From the NCBI GenBank assembly GCA_015207155.1, contig JADEXK010000019.1, forward strand, positions 18,438 through 50,437: 32,000 bases of DNA. Direction: 5' to 3'. Below the pieces are notes generated by a model, which had not been told where the DNA came from, did no database searches, and saw only the letters and a program-made list of their open reading frames with translations. The translations under genes were made by a program, and so were the position numbers. This document shows positions 27,547 to 32,000 of the stretch, piece by piece (the first letter of the stretch is position 1; each line of letters opens with the position of its first letter). This DNA is from Nostocales cyanobacterium LEGE 11386. GTDB lineage: Bacteria > Cyanobacteriota > Cyanobacteriia > Cyanobacteriales > Nostocaceae.

Positions 27547-27882
27547 ATGACTATCAAAAAACTCCTTTTCCAAGAAATTGAATCCTCCCCAGACTCTCTT
27601 CTAGAAGAAACTCTAGACTTTTTGCGCTTTCTCAAAACTAAGCAAGAAGCAGACAAAAAAGATACACCTGCCTCACCAGTTAAATTAGAAGATACCCAGA
27701 GACTACCAGAATCTCAGTCAGTAGACAATTCTCAATTACCTTACCGTCCAGCTTCCGGGCGTTCAATTCTGAGACACGCTGGAACCTGGGAAGGCGATGA
27801 CTTTCAAGAGTGTCTTCAGTTGGTTTACGCCACGCGTGGTAAAGCCAAATTTGATTATGACTTGAATCCTTTTGATTCATGA
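27547..27882 (+). CDS. Type II antitoxin-like protein (DUF2281-like N-terminus), partner of the downstream PIN fragment
   Basis: 111-aa ORF with N-terminus LLFQEIESSPDSLLEETLDFLRFLKTKQ and C-terminus GRSILRHAGTWEGDDFQECLQ, as in cyanobacterial VapB-type antitoxins. Its stop overlaps the next start in ATGA (27879-27882). Confidence 0.65.
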   Translation: MTIKKLLFQEIESSPDSLLEETLDFLRFLKTKQEADKKDTPASPVKLEDTQRLPESQSVDNSQLPYRPASGRSILRHAGTWEGDDFQECLQLVYATRGKAKFDYDLNPFDS

Positions 27883-28145
27883 ATCTATTAGATACAAACC
27901 ACTGTAGCGCCATCATCCTCGGCGAACCAAACGTCATCCGTCGAATAGCTGAGGTAGGAGAATTAAATATTGCTACCTGCGTAATTGTGCAGGGAAAACT
28001 TACATATATGATGGAAAATTCTGCCAAGAGAGAAACTAATCTCGCTCGGTTGAAAGATTTTCTCGCAAATATAGGTATCTACAGCGTTACAGAGGACAGC
28101 CAAAGACCAAACAGAAGTATCAACAATAACGCTCATGTCTGCTGA
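27879..28145 (+). pseudogene. Truncated VapC (PIN-domain) toxin
   Basis: The 88-aa ORF starts with the PIN N-terminal motif MNLLDTNHCSAII...ATCVIVQGKLTYMMENSAKRETNLARLKDFL. PIN-like sequence ends at about residue 74 (nt ~28100). After that the sequence is unrelated (QRPNRSINNNAHVC), and the C-terminal acidic residues of a ~130-aa PIN domain are absent. Confidence 0.6.
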
Positions 28146-28351
28146 CGTTGCTGCTTGTAGTCATAGTCTGCATCATAATCGATAGTACCAAAGAGTTCTA
28201 ACACTTTAAGCCGCTTACGACGTTGAATATATTCGCGTAGTGCTGTTTCCACCAGAGAATCAATGGACGCGTGGTCTTTAAGTGCCAATGCTTCTTGTAG
28301 TAGGGCTTCGTTTATGTTGAGTGGTGTAGCCACAATCAATTTTGATTCCAC
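28133..28351 (-). CDS. Orphan VapB-family (DUF2191-like, RHH) antitoxin
   Basis: 72-aa ORF, LNINEALLQEALALKDHASIDSLVETALREYIQRRKRLKVLELFGTIDYD. The cognate toxin gene expected downstream on the minus strand (below 28133) is absent. That space is occupied by the truncated plus-strand PIN fragment. Confidence 0.65.
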   Translation of the reverse strand: MESKLIVATPLNINEALLQEALALKDHASIDSLVETALREYIQRRKRLKVLELFGTIDYDADYDYKQQRQQT

Positions 28352-28378
28352 AACTGACTAAATCGATAGTAACGCATT

Positions 28379-28531
28379 CTGTATCTGGCCCGGCGATATT
28401 GGATTATCTCAATGTTCGCGATAAAGTAGTCAAGGATTTAAGCGATCGCTTTAAAGTTAAACCCGAAGAATTACCAGAGAGAATCACCACTCTGCAAACT
28501 GAACTGAGAAATAGTGAGAAACAATTAGCAA
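28379..28531 (+). pseudogene. Relic fragment of a second alaS allele, equivalent to alaS nt 26933-27085
   Basis: The alignment is collinear with a constant offset of 1446 nt and no indels, with 11 mismatches in 153 nt. It encodes VSGPAILDYLNVRDKVVKDLSDRFKVKPEELPERITTLQTELRNSEK, identical to AlaRS. A further 7-nt match (ACGCATT, 28372-28378 = 26922-26928) lies across a 4-nt gap. Homology ends abruptly at ~28531. Confidence 0.92.
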
Positions 28532-28771
28532 CATTCACGCGCTACCGCTATTCCCTGATTTTACCAGTAGTCATTGACACCAATATTTTTGTCTCACGCA
28601 AAGGCGCAAAGACGCAAAGAAAGACATATTATCAGCAATAGTATAGTTTAATTTAAATACATGAAAGTTGCTGTAAAAGCGAAAACCAAAATTCATAGCT
28701 ATAATTTATACCGTTTGAAAATTCTACTGTGATAGACTAGTCAAGCATAATCCCTGACTGATACTTGCTAA

Positions 28772-30376
28772 ATGGTGTACGTCTATTCAAATTTCGACCA
28801 GAAAAACCTCAAATGGTTTCCCAACGATACCACCCGTGCAACCCTGCTCACAATCAAAGTCTTACGAGGTCAAATACGTGGTCTTAAGGGAGTTACTATT
28901 GACTTTCATTATCCAATAACAGCCATTGCTGGACGGAATGGTTCTTGTAAAACTACAGTTCTCGCTTTATCAGCCTGTGCCTTTCACAACAAGTCTAATA
29001 GCTTCAAGTTACCTGGAAGAAAACATCCTTATTATACTTTTTCAGATTTCTTTATCCAGACAAAAGAGGAATCACAACTTGGTGATATAGCAATTCACTA
29101 TCAAATTCTTCACAACAACTGGAGAATTACGAAGCATAATGCGAATAAGGCTGGTTCAAGTTGGCAGCTACGCCGGAAGAAGGCTGGAAGTCGATGGAAT
29201 AACTATGATTCAAGAGTTATACGCACCGTTGTATTTCTTGGTGTTGAGCGTATTGTTCCACATGCAGAAAGAAGTGTATCTAAGAGCTATAAAGGTCGGT
29301 TTCAGCCAGCAACAGATCACGGATGGGAAGATAGTGTTCGTGTAACTGTAGGAAAAATTCTTGGTACTAACTATACAAGTTTTAGCTATAGTCGATATGC
29401 AAGATATCGTTTGCCTATTGTGGCTAAGAACGATTTGAAGGTCTATTCGGGCTTCAATATGGGAGCAGGTGAACACTCTTTATTTGAGTTATTCTCAATC
29501 ATCCATGAATGCCCAGATGGTTCACTTATTTTGATTGACGAGATAGAATTGGGTCTTCATGAGAAGGCACAAGAAAAATTAATTGAAGAATTAAAGAAAA
29601 TATGTGAAAAACGTAAATTCCAAATTATTTGTACAACTCATTCTTCTCGAATTATTGAATCATTACCACCAGAAGGCAGAATTTTTATTGAACGCATTGG
29701 TGATCAGACTACTATCATACCAGAAATTTCGCCAGCCTATGCAACTGGAAAACTTTCTGGTCGTCTAAATGTTGAGTTAGATATTGTAGTAGAAGATGAG
29801 GCAGCTCAATTAATAGTAGAAACAGTTTTAGATAATGAGCTACGCTCACGTACAAAAGTTTTACCTATTGGTTCAGCAACAGCAGTTATGCGATATCTTA
29901 GTGCAAAATATAAAGAATATACGTACAAACAAGATGGAACTATAGAACTTTGTGTAATTCTTGACGGTGATCAAGCACCGAAAAAATCTGAGCATATTAG
30001 GCAATTCTTAAACAGTCTGGAAAAACTTAATGATACGGAAAAAGAAAAGGCTAAAGATTGGGTAGAAAAACGCCTGACATTTCTACCGGGAAATGATTGG
30101 CCTGAATTATGGATTATTACGCCAAACAATAAAGAAGCATTTTACGAAAGATTTCAGAGAGAATTCCAAATATCGAATGCAGCAGTCGATGAAATGTTAG
30201 ATTCAGCATCTAGGGCTGGTAAGCATAATGAATTCAATGAAGTAGCAAAAATATTAAATTATGATGATAAAGTTGTAGCCAGTCATCTCATTAAGAGTGC
30301 TTTTGAATCAGAACCAGAAGAATCAAAAAGAATTATTAATTTCATGCGGGGTTTTCTGGGAGAGAAAAAAATATAG
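28772..30376 (+). CDS. SMC/ABC-type ATPase fused to a TOPRIM-like C-terminal module; OLD-family/GajA/PARIS(AriAB)/AbiL-like candidate defence nuclease
   Basis: 534-aa ORF. Walker A is AGRNGSCKT (nt 28931-28954). There is a signature-like YSGFNMGAGEHSLFEL, a Walker B/D-loop LILIDEIELGLHE (nt ~29525-29560) and an H-loop ICTTHSS. The C-terminal part has ELDIVVEDEAAQLIVE (acidic beta-strand, E341) and CVILDGDQ (DxD, nt 29963-29971), as in Toprim domains. The gene contains no HIP1 site. The CDS call is confident, but the function is inferred. Confidence 0.8.
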   Translation: MVYVYSNFDQKNLKWFPNDTTRATLLTIKVLRGQIRGLKGVTIDFHYPITAIAGRNGSCKTTVLALSACAFHNKSNSFKLPGRKHPYYTFSDFFIQTKEESQLGDIAIHYQILHNNWRITKHNANKAGSSWQLRRKKAGSRWNNYDSRVIRTVVFLGVERIVPHAERSVSKSYKGRFQPATDHGWEDSVRVTVGKILGTNYTSFSYSRYARYRLPIVAKNDLKVYSGFNMGAGEHSLFELFSIIHECPDGSLILIDEIELGLHEKAQEKLIEELKKICEKRKFQIICTTHSSRIIESLPPEGRIFIERIGDQTTIIPEISPAYATGKLSGRLNVELDIVVEDEAAQLIVETVLDNELRSRTKVLPIGSATAVMRYLSAKYKEYTYKQDGTIELCVILDGDQAPKKSEHIRQFLNSLEKLNDTEKEKAKDWVEKRLTFLPGNDWPELWIITPNNKEAFYERFQREFQISNAAVDEMLDSASRAGKHNEFNEVAKILNYDDKVVASHLIKSAFESEPEESKRIINFMRGFLGEKKI

Positions 30377-30430
30377 TTTTTTGGGCTTGTATGGAATAAA
30401 TCAAATTTAGGCAGGCGATCGCAACTCAAA

Positions 30431-31036
30431 TTATCGAGGAAGAATATCATCTAGGCGAAGTTGAAGACGAGGCAAAAGCGGTGAATTAATCAATTGATTT
30501 AATCGATATTGTTGTTGAGTATAAGTATCTTCAACCAGTTGGCAAATAGTAAAAGTTGGTTGTTTTGGTTTACCAATAAAAGCTACACCACCCAATCCTC
30601 GATAATCGACAATCCAATATTCAGGAATGCCTAAAAGTGCATACTCTTCAACTTTGCGAGCATAGTCAGTTTCCCAATTTGTACTCACAACTTCAACCAC
30701 CAATTTAATTGAGCGTCCCAAAGTAACTATGGGTTCTCGTTCCCAGAGGGGTTCACGAGCAAGAACTGTTTCATCTAGAACCACAACATCAGGACGACGA
30801 ATTGTCGCTGCATCTGCAAAGGGATAAATTAAACAAGTGCGAGGAATAAACCAAGGAAGTTTTTCTGCAACAAGGTTTATACCTATTTGGGTTGCAATTT
30901 TACCACTCACCGTTTCGTGGAGGCCAGTGGGTTCCATGTCAATTAGTTCTCCGTCTGCTAATTCATAGCGGGGATTATCTTGATATTGAGAAAGAAAATC
31001 TTCTTTAGTGAGGTTTTTTTGGGAGATATAGGCCAT
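30431..31036 (-). CDS. Uma2-family (DUF820) putative endonuclease
   Basis: The sequence reads YELADGELIDMEPTGLHETVSG...RRPDVVVLD...KLVVEVVSTNWETDYARKVEEYALLGIPEYWIVDYRG, a PD-(D/E)XK-like Uma2 pattern. The track ORF extends to 31165, but ATG 31036 (MAYISQKNL...) gives the usual ~200 aa. The extension runs through HIP1-containing repeat sequence. Confidence 0.85.
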   Translation of the reverse strand: MAYISQKNLTKEDFLSQYQDNPRYELADGELIDMEPTGLHETVSGKIATQIGINLVAEKLPWFIPRTCLIYPFADAATIRRPDVVVLDETVLAREPLWEREPIVTLGRSIKLVVEVVSTNWETDYARKVEEYALLGIPEYWIVDYRGLGGVAFIGKPKQPTFTICQLVEDTYTQQQYRLNQLINSPLLPRLQLRLDDILPR

Positions 31037-31361
31037 TGACTCAATCTCCGGTAATTTATATGTTCTTATCTTAAAGTATCTAACCACACCATAGCAAAAA
31101 CGATCGCACAACCTCAACTCTCGTAAAGCGCGATGGCGCTTTGCGCCCGCCGGAGGCGATCGCATTATTTCTATATACTTGTTTTAGGAAAACAGAGTAC
31201 GTGTATCTACAAGCTACTTCAGCTTTTTCAACACTTCTTTTTAACTAGGCGACGGCGAGTAACAAATATTCTAGCTACTAGATCAATATCTACAAGCTAG
31301 TTAGCTCGGATACATTTTGTGATCAAAAATCCAATATTTTAGCCAAACTTTGATAGTGCGA

Positions 31362-31736
31362 TTAAAACAGCCGAAAAATGAACGGATAACGGAACGGTTG
31401 ATCAGAATTAGTCAGACAATGCCACAGCGCCCAAATTGTCAGTCCCCAGTGTAGTGCAAAGCCCAAAGCCACAAGGGGGAAGAATAAAATTCCACCAATG
31501 CCAAATGTGAGCCAAGACAGAATCCCGATGGGAACCCCGATTATAGTTGCCCAAAACCAAACATTGAAGTGAAAATTAATCGATTCTTTGGCGTTGCTTT
31601 TCACAACTGGGTCGTCGGAAATTAAGTTAATTACAATCGGCACCCCAATTGAGAACAATGTTGTACTAAAGAAAATTGCCCCGTGACACAGAGATGATAG
31701 CAATTTACGCTGATTAGAATCGTATCCAACTTGCAT
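31362..31736 (-). CDS. Small integral membrane protein, DUF4870-like
   Basis: 124-aa ORF with 3-4 hydrophobic helices and an inter-helix KSNAKESINFHFNVWFW segment typical of the family as I recall it. Confidence 0.65.
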   Translation of the reverse strand: MQVGYDSNQRKLLSSLCHGAIFFSTTLFSIGVPIVINLISDDPVVKSNAKESINFHFNVWFWATIIGVPIGILSWLTFGIGGILFFPLVALGFALHWGLTIWALWHCLTNSDQPFRYPFIFRLF

Positions 31737-32000
31737 CCTGGTGGCTCCTAAACTCGGTTGATAATTCCGATTTTAACGAACATTTAATAGGTTTAATATT
31801 GTAGTTTACCGTACTCAGGAAGGTTTCCGGACTCTTGCTTGAGATAAATTAACTTTGACTATTATTCATCAACTAAATTATGAGGTTTACCGAACACCTA
31901 CATGATTTGTGAATGTACTTATTGCTTTAACACTATTGTAGAGGGCGATGTCTTCAAACAGATCGCCGATTTCCGAGTTCGTCACGCGATCGCTGCTATC

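Noticed and set aside
27680-28027. 115-aa minus-strand ORF that might have been the missing toxin for the orphan VapB
   Set aside because: It is not contiguous with vapB, has no PIN or other toxin motif, and lies antisense to the plus-strand antitoxin and PIN sequences.
28342-28641. 99-aa ORF containing AlaRS-identical residues
   Set aside because: It is a chimeric read-through of the alaS relic into unrelated and repeat sequence. It has no alaS start and no functional domain, so I annotated it as a pseudogene fragment.
29139-29476. Internal ORFs at 29139-29345 (plus) and 29210-29476 (minus) within the ATPase gene
   Set aside because: They are alternative or antisense frames of a gene whose main frame carries a full ATPase motif set.
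31037-31165. 43-codon N-terminal extension of the Uma2 ORF
   Set aside because: The extension is Arg-rich, runs through HIP1-containing repeat DNA and is absent from typical ~200-aa Uma2 proteins. I preferred ATG 31036.
27481-31200. Search for an integrase, transposase or recombinase and for a second att-like alaS repeat that would define a complete integrative element
   Set aside because: I found none in the window. The islet is therefore described only as a decayed integration or recombination scar, not as an intact mobile element.
31887-32000. Open frames on both strands at the right edge. The plus frame starts at ATG 31902 (MICECTYCFNTIVEGDVF...). The minus frame enters from the edge and stops at 31887-31889.
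   Set aside because: Only ~35 codons are visible on either strand, both are stop-free and neither has a decisive motif. I cannot tell which, if either, is a gene.

Overview
This 32-kb window appears to come from the replication-origin region of a filamentous Nostoc/Anabaena-type cyanobacterial chromosome. I infer that from dnaA, a DnaA-box cluster and dnaN in a row, dense HIP1 (GCGATCGC) palindromes, heptameric STRR-like tandem repeats, small MITEs and the gene content. Most of the window is core. It holds a photosensory two-component cluster at the left edge (partial PAS/GAF sensor plus an RcaC-like REC-wHTH-HPt-REC-REC regulator), an FAD monooxygenase-like gene, an HtrA protease, dnaA, oriC and dnaN. 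It also holds a 1106-aa knotless-phytochrome/cyanobacteriochrome histidine kinase with three Cys-His bilin-type GAF domains, an ArsA/Get3 ATPase, rdgB, a CrtI-family oxidoreductase, a HEXXH membrane protein, a pseudo-receiver GGDEF cyclase, an Atx1-like metallochaperone and alaS. The clearly accessory part is about 27.5-31.2 kb, immediately downstream of alaS. It contains decayed toxin-antitoxin modules and a ~150-nt relic of a second alaS allele that differs almost only at synonymous sites. After these come a solo 534-aa ABC-ATPase/TOPRIM-like gene (a candidate OLD/PARIS/AbiL-like defence gene) and a Uma2 endonuclease gene. Through the ATPase gene (27481-30415) this tract is almost free of HIP1. 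This islet is my best candidate for something new, but every functional statement about it is inferred from motifs I read by eye. I recognised no rRNA, tRNA or CRISPR array.
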